From assembly GCA_002440965.1 (NCBI GenBank), contig DJWJ01000026.1:23439-87438 (forward strand): a stretch of DNA of 64,000 bases. The letters run 5' to 3'. The stretch comes from Candidatus Omnitrophica bacterium UBA6233. Lineage in GTDB: Bacteria > Omnitrophota > Gorgyraeia > Gygaellales > Profunditerraquicolaceae. This document shows, piece by piece, positions 9,747 to 22,100 of this stretch (the stretch's first letter is position 1; each line of letters starts with the position of its first letter). The notes below the pieces were generated by a model. The model saw only the letters and a program-made list of their open reading frames with translations. It was not told the DNA's origin and did no database searches. The position numbers and the translations under genes were made by a program.

Positions 9747-10061
9747 TTAAACGGCTCTTAAAACCCTGGACATCCCCATAAAATCCGCTCTCTCCAAGCT
9801 TACCCCGATATTATACTCGCTAGGATTGACCATCCTTGACCAGGCAACTTCTCCCCGGGTATAGAATGGCTCGCCTTTGTCCGGAACATCCAGCCATATC
9901 TCTAGCGGGGTGCGAAGCCTTAATTCCTCCTTCGCCATAAATCCTATGCCCTTAGCGCTGATGTCCCTGGTCTCTCCGGAACCCTCCACACTTGCCCTCG
10001 GATCAATGAATCTTAAGGGGAACCTAGCCTGAAACCGTTCAAAGATTCTTCGGTCATCCAT
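9747..10061 (-). CDS. PilZ-domain c-di-GMP-binding protein
   Basis: 104 aa. It has an RxxxR motif (RRIFERFQARFPLRF) and a D/NxSxxG motif (DISAKGIGF). The SD-like GAGGGGG lies ~8 nt upstream of the ATG. It begins 40 nt after the giant ORF's stop. Confidence 0.8.
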   Translation of the reverse strand: MDDRRIFERFQARFPLRFIDPRASVEGSGETRDISAKGIGFMAKEELRLRTPLEIWLDVPDKGEPFYTRGEVAWSRMVNPSEYNIGVSLERADFMGMSRVLRAV

Positions 10062-10101
10062 CTTTTACCCCCTCTCTTTTAATAAGCGCCTGCGCCATTC
10101 T

Positions 10102-13100
10102 CTACGGCTTTATTATATTCTTATTCTGTTTTTTTTCAACTTTTACCTTATTATTTTTCCCTTCGGCCAGGTTTCTCCATAACTGCTTGACTACATAATA
10201 ACTCTTCCTGGGAATGCGTTTATTCAAGCCGTTCTCCGTCTCTTCGGACACTGCCACAATCCCAAACCATTCCTCATTCATATTTTTATTGTATTTAGCT
10301 CTTATATCATGGTAGTAACTTCCGTTGGACCAGTTCGATTCGGTATTATGAGCCTTCCACCCGTCGCTGTTATTACATTCCTGGGCGGATTCATTATGCT
10401 TCCACCATTCATCTGTCCATTCAAACATTATCCCGCCTAAACAATTGCCCATGCCTTCTTTACTGCCGGCTAAATTTTCATAAATCTGACGCCACTGCAT
10501 CTCCAGGAAATACGCCTGCATATTCTGGTCTTCTTTGTTTAAATAGGCGTCATACGCGTCAGCGCCAAACTCTGCCACCAGAATCGGCTTATCAAGATCG
10601 GCCTTTACAGATTTGAATAAATTCCCGAAGGCCTTACCACGATAAATCATACAGGCGATTAAGTCAACGTCTTTTGTTACGGCCGCAGCCAAAGCTAGAT
10701 TCGTAATTTCACAATTACCTAAGGCTACCGGATGGTTAGGGTCTATTTTATGAATCTCTTTGGCCACTTCATTGACAAAAGAATAGTAAATCCTGGCGCG
10801 CATCTCGATTTGTTTCGAAGGATTCGGTTCTTTGTCGATTCCGCTGGTGCACCAAGGCCTAAATTGTCCGGAGAAAGAACGGTTATTTTCATTACCCAAA
10901 ATCCACATTAAGACTCCCGGTTCATCCTTATACCGATTAACCATTTCTAAAACTTCCCTTTTGATTTTTTCCCGGAAATCCTTAGCATTATACGCGGAGC
11001 AAGGCCCATCCCAGAGCCCCAAATCGTGGCCTAAAATAGTGCGGATACCATAAAGCTTGAAGAAATCCCTGATTACCTGCTTAACTGCCTGCGGATTCTG
11101 CCCAACCGTATAAATTCTGCCTGTATTCAAGCCCATATCTTGCATCAATTTTCCGTCGGTAATCCAAGGCTTACCCGGGTCAGACCACCAGTCATAATCA
11201 TAGTTCTGACCGATAGGTATAGGATTATAACAAACACCTTTAACAATATATGGCTTACGTTCGACTATCAACTGGTGATAGCTGTCTTTGGACTTATTGA
11301 TATAAACCTCGGGCTGAGGAACAGGAGAAATCTGCATTATAGCCATCAAAATAAGGAAAGCGAATAAAACCAAACAAAGCTTTCCTATCTTCTTAACTAT
11401 CCATTTTAATGGACAAAACAAATAACCGGAGACAAGAGCGGCTACGCAAACCAACGGTTTCAACTTCAAGGTAAGATTTCGTAATGCCAGCTTCGCATAT
11501 TCCCAAACAAGAGAATAAGGACGTTCGAATATTCTGGCCTGGGCTGCGATTGCTTCCGGGTCGCTGGAGAATTTTTCGTGGAAGGAGATTTGCGCGACTA
11601 TGAATCTTATTTCTTGAGGAGAAAATCCTAATTTGGCGAGCAGCTGTTCAGTTTCTTTTTTTCGGGCTTTATTCCAGGTTTTATTGGTAGCGATAGGATA
11701 ATCCAATATCGCGGCGTGCTCATCTTCGGTTAAATCTTGGATCAATTTTGCTAATCCTGTTCTTCCTTGCGGAGGCGCCTTAAGTTTACCTGAATAAATA
11801 AGATACCTTACTGCCGCTATCCTGAATAAAGCATTACCAAATTCATTGAACCGCAAAGAAATTCCCCGATGATCATAATAATCAAATTCGGCCTCATAAC
11901 AATCGCGGGCGGTGATAGCGTGCCCGTTCTGCCTGGATAGATTAATAGCGAATAATTTGGCTGCTCTGTATAAAGCAGGCGCTCCCCGCTTGATTCCGCC
12001 CTTATACCTTTCTATCGCCATTTTAGCCAGCCCGGGCGTAGCATATTTAGGAAGAGTCGCTTTCCCTATCGGCATAAAAGCTGCGAATTCTAATTTATCC
12101 CGGCTACCCTGGCCATTCTTATATTCCAACCCATATTCCTGGGAAATCTTTCCTGTTTTCTCCACTAAAAACGCGATCTTTTTTTCGTAAGCCATACTAT
12201 GAAAAGTATCGGCATTTTCTATAATACAATCTTTTAAGGCTTCTAAAGCTTTCTTGATTTTTTTGTCTTTTATAATAGCCAAGGAATAAAAATCTAAACA
12301 GGCCATGAAGAAAATGGCCAAGTCTGTCTTGTGCATCTTTAACCGGTTGTGCAATATTAAACTCCATACTTTCTTTTCTTTTTCCAGAAACCGTATATTT
12401 GGATTACCGTTTTCCCATAGTTTATATTCGATTAATAAACTCTGAAAAAGGGAAGATTCTCTACTATCTAATTCAATACCAAAGAATTTGGCCGTCTTGC
12501 GCAAAAACTGGCTTTTGTTTTCTCTTGTGTTCAATACCGCTTCTAATGCAAATCCGGGCGTAGGATATTTATAGACTATCCCTTTACCAAAAGGAACAAA
12601 AGCAGCTATTTCAAGTTTATCTTTTTCGCCATTGCCGTTGTTATAATTTAAATTATACCTTTGAGACAGCCTGCTTACCTCTGCTATCAACAAGGTTGCC
12701 TTTTTTTCTCTACGCAACTGTTTAAAGAAATGCCTTTTTTGGTACAGGAAAATAACTAATCCCCTGACAGCTTTATGTGTAACAACATCGCTGATGATTG
12801 TATTATCAACTAGCTTAACCCAGATTATCCATTGCGCGGCAATGCCGCCTTTGACTTTATTTAACTTATAAGAATAAAATACAGCTGATAATTCCTTAAT
12901 TTGAGCGATAATACCGGCATCCAAATGCGATTTTTCCCACGCCTTGTATTCGTTAACGGCATTGGTAAAACGCGCGCGCAGGCTTTCGGTAATTCTTTTA
13001 GATAGCTTTATACCAAAAGCATTAGCCCTCATAAGCAGAAGCGGATATTTCTTCTTTATTTGTCCTTGATCATGCATAAGCGCCTTTTCCAGTTCTCTTT

Positions 13101-16100
13101 TCACAATGCCCAGGGTGGGATATTTAGGAAAAACACCGCAGCCCATAGGCGTTAAAGCCGCAAATTCCAGCTTATCTCTTTCGCCTAACGCGCCATTATT
13201 ACCATACCCTAGACCATACTCTTCAGATAATTTATCCGCTTTTATCATTAAAACTCTTGTCCTGTATTCATAAGACATTGACTGAATATTACCTTTCTCT
13301 TTTTCCACATAATCCTTCAATGCCCACAACGCCCTTTTAGTCTGCGCGTCTTTAATCAAAGTTAAACCCTGGATATCCAACCATACCGATATGTAGGCGA
13401 CCGCATCTTTTCCTTTCTTATCTAACCTGTTACTCCTTAATAGTTCCCATAGCTTCTTTTCTTTCGCGATCAGATCTGCATCCTTTTGGGCGCTTTCCCA
13501 GTTGTTGTATTTGACCAGTATTATCTTGTACAGAAACCGGCACCCCTCGGTCAACCTGATGTTGAATGTCTTGGCTGCCCTGTAAAGCATCTGATCCCGG
13601 GCTCCGGATATCCAACTCTCTATTGCTAATCCGGGAGTATGGTATCTTGCGACTTTACCATACAACATTGGAGGCAAAGCCGCGAATTCCAGCTTATCTC
13701 TTTCTCCATTGCCGCAAGCATAATCCAAGCCGTAGCGCTTCGCTAACTCTTCGGCTTCCTTGGCCAAAAATCTTGCCTTGCCCTTGCGGCCTAATTTCAG
13801 GAAATATTCCTTGTCCAGGGATAAGGAAAAAATCAGTCTTTCAACCGCTTTCCTGGTAAGATAGCTGGAAATGGCCAGCTGGCTAAACAGCTTCATCCAT
13901 ACTATCCAGGGATAAATCGGATTTTTTGCATGAAAGAATTCCGTAAAGTTATTGCGCCGGTAGATATCCCAAATCTTTTCGGCCTGGCAGCGTAAATCCA
14001 GGGCTTCATTATCCTTATTATTATGCCTATACTCATCCACAGCTTTTTGATAGGAAGGCGGATTGGGAATGGATTTATTTAATAAGAAAAACTTGCTGGT
14101 TGTCTTGCTTGACCTGATAACAAACATGCTGCTGAAAAATCCGATAAATTTCCTGTCATCGCTTATTTTTCTCCTGACAGCTCCTAATACAGCCCTGCCG
14201 AATCTACTTTCATAGCCTCTCTTGAGCACCGATTCTTCAACATACTGTGCAACTTCACGGGAAAAATCAGCATTCGAGAATATAACCAATAATGCTGTTG
14301 TTAAACGAGATGTACACTCTTTTTTGGATTTCTCGGATAGAATATCTAGAATTACTTTAAACACATCTTCTTTTTTAGTTATGGTATTACCCACCCTATT
14401 CGCTATCGGTTTTTGATATTTTTGTTGGCCCGCTATCAACCTTAACCTCTTCAAAGATTTTTCTTCAATCTGCCTGACTCTTTCTTTTGTCAGACATAAT
14501 AAATCGCCGATTTTTTCAAGGGTCATTCTTCCGTTATCGAAAGAGAACAAGCCGTAACGCAGTATCAACACTATCCTCTCATCATCCTCTAATTTTTCCA
14601 ACATAACGCCTACGGCTTCCTTCAATATTGCCCTGCGGGTATTCTCCTGAGGAGAAGCAAACGTATTTTGTTCGATGAAACTTCCCTGGCTATCTTCGCC
14701 TTCCGAGCTGATTGGAGCATCCAATGATACAGGGTCGCGAATCTCAAGTAGCTTTTTGATTTTTTCTACAGGCAAGCTCATCCGCTGAGCCAGTTCTTCA
14801 GGAGCAGGTTCTCTTCTATATTCCTGTACGAACTTCTGGGAAATCTTCTCTAATTTATATTTTTTCTCCAACATATAAACCGGCGCCCGTATCATATGAT
14901 TCTTCTCCGAAAGTGCTCGGGTAATTGCCTGGCGTGTCCACCAAGAAGCATAAGTGGAGAACTTATTGCCTTTCTTATAATCAAATTTTTCGATAGCCGG
15001 GAACAATCCTAATCTTCCGTAGCCGAATAAATCATCGAATGTCATCCCGCAGCCAGGGTATTTTTTGATAATATCACCCACCAGCCCAAGATTACACATT
15101 ACCAGGCAGCCAGTAATGGTTTTTGTCTCTTCGGGGGCCTTTACCGCGTGAAGAGCTTTAAATAACTCAACCTCTTCTTCTCTGCTCAGGACGTAACGGA
15201 AATTTTTAAATCTAAACTGGGCCAATATTCTCCTAGCTAAGCCTAAGCCATCCTCTTTAATATTCTTAAACAGGACTTTTGCTAACCTCTCTGCAGCCCT
15301 TACGTTTTCTTTTTTATTAATTAAATGCCCGTGCTCATGCTCAAACAGTTCTATTAAAATGGCCTCTTGGTTTGCTTGGATAAGTTTGACTATTAATTCA
15401 AGGGGAATGATAATCTGGGAATTATAAAGGCAGGCGGCTATGAATCTTTCTATGCTATCATACAAAAGTAAGCCCGGAGGGCCTTTTGACCTGACATCCG
15501 AATCAGCAAGAAATAAATAAACATTCTCTTTATTGAGCCAGCGGATTAACTGGGGAGTCAAAGCCAACAACGCCTTTTTATCCTGAGGTAAATCCTTATA
15601 GCGAACAAGACGATTCTCTTTCTGTGCCTTGGAGATGACTTTCTTCGTCTGCTTCTTGGCTTTTTTATCCATAGCGCCTTCTTCATAAATTCCCAACCCG
15701 CAGGCAGAGACATCGGGATCTTCTTCTAACAACTCTTCAATTTTTGTCGTTTCCCGTCCTGAAGCAAACCAGGCAATGCCCACAGGATTAGGCAACTGCA
15801 ACAGCGTAAGCCGCTTTTCTTTAAGCGCAGAAACAACGGCCCGGGTTGAAACGGACACGATTAAGAATGCTGAAAATATTGAAAGGAATAGCATCGCAGT
15901 AAAAAGATTGTTGTAAGAAACAAAGGCACATATAAATAAAGTTATCCCGGAGAAACTGATAATGAAAGGTATTAATGCGCGGCCACGATGATCCGTTAAC
16001 CGGTTCGGGCCAGCTTCCTGAAACGCGCGGCTAAAGGCGCTTTCCGGGCCTCTATTCAACGCTATATCTTTAATTCGCCGGGCCACTCCTTCGGTAAATC

Positions 16101-19100
16101 CTTCGTCGGATAAAACTAACCGCAATGCGCTGGCTAGCCTGCCAAAAACTACGCTATTAGCCTTTTGATTCAAAATATCCACAATCTTTCTCAATACGGC
16201 CTCTCTATCGGCTAGAACATTCTCCGGAATCTCAACAATAGGTTTATTTTCTTTAATGGAGGCCTTGAATATCCTTTTTGACTTCTTGATTGCCGCCTCC
16301 TCTATCTGCCTAATTCTTTCCTCGCTTAAACACAGAAAATTCCCTATTTCTTTACGCGTCTTTGTTTCGCCAGAAGCGCTATATAATCCGTAACGCAAAA
16401 CCAATATTACCCGCTGGTTATCACTTAACTGTGAGAGTAATGTCCTTGTATTTTCTTTTAATATATACCGGTTCGCATTTACTCTGGGAGAAACGAATTT
16501 GTTTTGTTCAATTAAATCTAATAGGCTGTCTTCCCCTGCACCAAATGGAGAATCCAGGGAAATGGGGTCACAAGTTATAATGAGATTTTTAATAGTCTCT
16601 TCGGAAAAATCGGTAATTTCGGCTAACTCTTCCTGCGTAGGATCTCTGCCGAATTCCTGGGTAAATTTCTCAGAAATTAAGCGTAATTTAGATTGCTTCT
16701 TCTGCATATACATCGACACCTGCATCTTATGGGATTCCTTCCTGGACGCTCGGGTAATCGACTGGTATATCCACCAACTGGCATAAGTTATAAACCTATA
16801 ACCTTTTTTATAGTCATATGTTTTAGTAGCCCGCAATAACCCGAGATATCCTTCGCTAACGAATTCTTTTGTTCCTCTCCCACATTTTTTAGCTGTATCA
16901 ATAATAAATCCTAAATTGCACCTTAGTAGGCAATCGAGAATATCTTTTCTTTCGGAAGAACTGATCCCGTTCTCCAGGGCTTTGAACAATTCGATTTCTT
17001 CCTCTTGATTCAAGAGATACCCGCCGCCACATTTCAATTCTTCCAATATTCTTTTAGCCAGATGCCAGCCGTCCTCTTTGATAACGCTCAATAACTCTCT
17101 TGCTAATTCCTCCCCTTCGCCTGTGTCTTCCCGGCCGCCCAGAAGATGCCTCTTCTCGTGTTCAAAGAGTCTTATTAAAAGACTCTCCTGGCCTGCTTGA
17201 ATAAGTTTTGCGATTAATTCAAAGGGGATATAAATGGCGGAGTCGTAAGCGCAGGCGAGTAAAAATCTATCTTTATTTTCATACCAAAGGAATCCCGGAG
17301 GACCTTTTGACATTATCTTAGATGCAGGGAGGACTAGCTGGATATTTTCTTGGTTTAACCAATTCAATAGTTGAGGAGTAAGGACCAATTCCTGTCTTTT
17401 ATCCTGCGGCAAATCCTGATAGCGGAAGATGCGATTCTCTCTTAAGGCCTTGAAGATGATTTTTTCTGTTTCCTTTACCCCCTCCGCGTCCATCGCGCCG
17501 TCGGAAGTATAAATTCCCAACCCGCAGGCAGAATGGTCAGAAGAATTATGGATATCATGATATTGTGTTAGCTGCAAAAGGAAGTTCTTAAATTTTGGAC
17601 TGAAATTGTCAGATAATCCCAATGCCCACCTTAACACAATATCAAAAATATATTCTTCTCTGGTATTCCCTAAAATTGTTTCGGCAGGAGGATTAATCAT
17701 AAAAGTAGCGTGGTCGCAAGTAAGGATGCGGCCGTCGACACTGATGAATAAAAATATTTTATCCGGGCGGCGATGAGAGAAAATATCATCCATACTCAAT
17801 GGTTCCGCTTCCGGCAAAGACTTTGCCCCACCCTGAGCGATAAGATGATTTATATGAAACATTCTTTCGCCCCATATTATATATCTTTCATATAAGCCGT
17901 ATTTTTTAAGAATACGGAACCGGTTTTCCGCACGAGATAACCTTATATTATATGCAGCTCGCAGCCTTCCTTCGCGCCACCTATAACTTTCCTCAATGGC
18001 CTTGATAACCTTTACCATATCTTTGTCTCTTTTTTTCGCCTCTTTTTCATGCCACTGGTCAAGGGAAAAAACTAACTCAACATTATCAGGAATTTTGCCT
18101 AAAAATTTGTCCATCTCTTCATGGTCTTCTGGGAAAGATAAACCATTGGTATCTATATGAACCTCGCCGATGTGCTTGCTGGCGGACCAAAGAATTTCCC
18201 AGAAATCAGCCGAAGGCTGGTTATCCGTATAATTTTTCTTTTTGTAGGCAAAAGGCTCTCCGCCGACAAAATACACACTGGGAAATCCATCTAACTGCCG
18301 GATTATCCTTTTAATCTGATCCATAGGCAAGTCTACGTTAGGATCTTTCTCAATAACATCCTTGGCAATGCAAAATCTACATCTATATGGGCAGCGATGC
18401 GTTATCATAATATTGATATTCGAGTCTAATTTCGGAAACTCCGTCTTTAGGAGATCGAATAAAATCGCTACTCTTTGAGGGGATTTATTTATCATCTGGG
18501 CGGCCTGCTTTCCAACATCGGCTAAGACGCCGGCAGTGAGTTTTTGGATATTCCGGTCTTCGGCTTTTAATGCCTGGATAGCCGCCCGCAGAGTTCCATC
18601 CGAAAGTTTAACTACCCATGGTTTATCTGTCTGGCTTAAAGATTTAACTATCAATCTATAAGTGCGACTGATTTTTACGAAGTCCATAAGATAGGTAGAA
18701 TAAGGGGATCGCGCGCTGTCTTCGATAAACTCAGACTTAGCGATAATATAGTAGATATTTTCTTGCCGGTTTGCAGGTTGCCATCCTAATTTTGCTAAAA
18801 CTTCTATTGCGTCTTTCCAGCGATAAAGAAATCCGCTTTTTAATACTCCGAAAAGAAATTCTTCCAAAGCCCTAAGAAAAGGCTCGACTGCAGATGGGCC
18901 GATTTTAATCAAAGTTTCTATTATGCAATTACAAACACTCCAATTTTCTTGTCCGAATCCAGAGGCGGCTTTAAGCTCATTCTCAACAACAAGGTCATTT
19001 AAGGCTTTAATAAGGCAAGGAATTATGGGTGGGCCGATTTTCACTAATGTGTCCATTGTAAGATGACGGAAATTCCAATCATCATCGTTTAATGCTCCAA

Positions 19101-22100
19101 TAAGATAAAGAACCGCAGGCTCACCGATTCTAACTAAATCCTCCCATCTTTCTTTAGCAATAAAGTAAAGGATTTCTTCTTCCTGACTTACAGGCTGCCA
19201 TCCTAATTTTTCCAAAGCTTTTGCTGCGCATGCACGGACATAATGGCTTTTATCTTCCAAAGCTTTAATAATGACCTGCGTTGCTCTTATATCGCCAATC
19301 TCACCCAAAGTCTTTACTATAGGCATACGAACCATGGCATTATATTCACGATTAAATCTTTCAATCAAAGGTACAACTGCCCCTTTGTATCCAAAGTAAC
19401 CGAGGCTACTAGCTGCGCCGGCACGAACAAACTCATCGGGATGCCTTAATTTATATACATATTTTCCAAATTCTAACTCAAAGGACAGAACTTCTTGCGC
19501 TAAACTTTCTCCTTCTTCGACATTCTCTATGCCGATGGCTAAATCCCTATCTTCGTGTTCAAATACTCGGATTAAAAGCTCTTCAGGGAGTGAGATTATC
19601 AAGTCAAAAGTAAAAATATCCGGACAGGCTACTAAAAATCTCCTGGAATGCTCGTACCAAAGCATGCCCGGAGGACTTCTTGAATTTATACCTGACTCAG
19701 AAAGGACAATATAAGGATTGCGTTCCTCTAACCATCTTGCTACTCGGGGTGTTACTGCTAACTGCTCTTTTTTGTCTTGAGGTAAGTCTTGATAGCGTAG
19801 GAGGCGCTTTTCTTTTTTAGCTTTAAACAAAGCTTCCTTTTTCTTCTGCTGGGCTTTTTTATCAATTTTCCCTTCTTTTGTGTAAATTCCCAAACCGCAG
19901 GCATAGACATCGAAATCTCCTCCTGCTTTCTCCTTAACCACCAATGGTTCTGCCAAAGTATCTAAAGCTTCGACGTTCTTCTTTAAAATCAGTAAATTAT
20001 CCTCGATTTCCTTGTATAAGATGACTTCGGGATATCTTATCTCCTCCAAGGGGATAAAGAGATCTGGGTTTTTTATCTTTTGAAGTATAGCTGCTGTCTC
20101 AATCAAGGCTCCATTAAAACTAGCTATCGTATTTAGCAACGCAACCTTCTCCTGGACAACCCTATTATTCTTATTTCGAAGAGATGCTTCAAGAATAAAT
20201 CGCTCTTTCCTGAGATGCTTAAGATAAGCAAATATCTGTTCTTCTATTATTGGATTCAAACCCTCATCCTTGTTCCCCATGTGGTATTCCAATAACAGTA
20301 ATATTTTTTTCATCTCCCGAGAAAAATATTTTGCCATATCCAATGTTTTCTTTCGACTCTCTTGTAATCGATATGACACTAAGATACTGACTGTGCCTAA
20401 AAATGTTAAAAGACTTATCGCCATGTCAGCTAAACAACTAACCAGATTTCCCGCCATAAAGATCTCTTTTGTAAAAAGAAACACGGGAGAAAGCATTATA
20501 CCTGTGATAATCGACCCATTAACCAAAGCCGCCAGCGCCCGCTTGGGATCTCTTTCGATATACCGCATAAAACCAGGACGATAACCTGCTATAATAATCG
20601 TCAACATAACAGATGTAACAAACGAAGCGAGAGCAAAAGCAATAGCCGACACGGATAAAATCGTAAACTTAACGTATTCCCGCGGACAGACGATGCTTAT
20701 AAAAAAAGATAACAGAAGAGACAAGGCTGCTATAATTATTGATGTTTTTACTCCGCAAAACTGCGTTCTTTTGTTCAATCGGACTTTCCAAACAGACGCT
20801 TTCAATCTCATCCTTACCTTTGATATTATGAATATGGCTAATAGAGGTAAACTGAAGATACTAAAAATATAAACTTTAGAGATGCGGTTTTTTAATAAAA
20901 CTTTGGCTATAGTCTTACGAGTATCTTCATTCTTTTCGCTGAAGAGACTCTTAACAAGAGAAAGAAATGCCCGGAAGCTTATATTCTTTTTCCCGCCTAA
21001 GCCCCTGGCGGCGCAGATGCGGACATAATAATCTTTGTCTTTTAATAATACGCTGGCCAGGCACTCTTCTGTTTTAAGGCCGTTAAAATTACTTAGCGCA
21101 TTGACAGCGGATGCGCGCACGCGCTGATCCGGATGGTTAAGCGCTGCTTCGCTTATGAATTTGGCGCTTTGCGCGGTTCCAATCTTCCCGAGAATGCGGA
21201 TTGCGGTATCGACAGACTGCCACCTTTTGTCCGATAACAAAACGTCCTCAAGGAAACTGACGGCCGAAGGCTCCATGCTACCAAGGGTTTTTTCAGCCAT
21301 AAAGCTAAGGCTATGATACCTGGAATCCAAGTCGTAATACTTATACAATGACAATTCTAAAAGAAGCCATGCCGCCGGATCGCCTTTCTTCTTTAAAGCG
21401 CCCCAATCCCGCCTAGCCAGAAGATAAAGAATCCCCTGCCATTCGCTCTCAGGCTGCCATCCCCAATTAGCAAGCGCCTCTGCCGCAGCAAAACTGACCC
21501 AAGGATCCATATCCCTAAGCGCATCCGCCAATAGAGCCCTGGATTCAGGAAGATCAACCCTGCTTAATTCGCGCACTATGGCCAAACGCTCCTGCCAATT
21601 TTTATTCCCGAATCCTTTTTCCAGGATAATATCGGCAATCTTATTTCCACCTTTACCGGCTAGAATTCCCTGTGTGTCTAAACGAGCTATCAGTTTCTTG
21701 GCCCTGTAAAGGACGATCTGCTCTCTTGCCGATGGCGATATAGCATTCGTAGTCTCAGGGCAATACGTGGCAGAAATAGAGAAAAACACACCGGCCGCAA
21801 AAATAACTCTCAAGATAATCTTTTTTGAATGAAACAGGTTATCTTTTATTTTTAAAAGGGCATTTTTTAGACGACGCATAGCGTAGGACAAAATCTCGGC
21901 ATAACCGGCCCTAAAAAGAAACAAACCATATCCCCAGGAGGGAAGAGTAACAATCATTTCTTCTTTACCGAAAGTAACCAGGACACTCTTCGAGCAGAGT
22001 TTCGCTATAAATCTGTTGTTTATTTTTCCCGGCACTCCGGAGTTGCCTTTATAATAATCAAGAACAGTATTGAAGTTTATTTTAATAATTACTGGATAAA

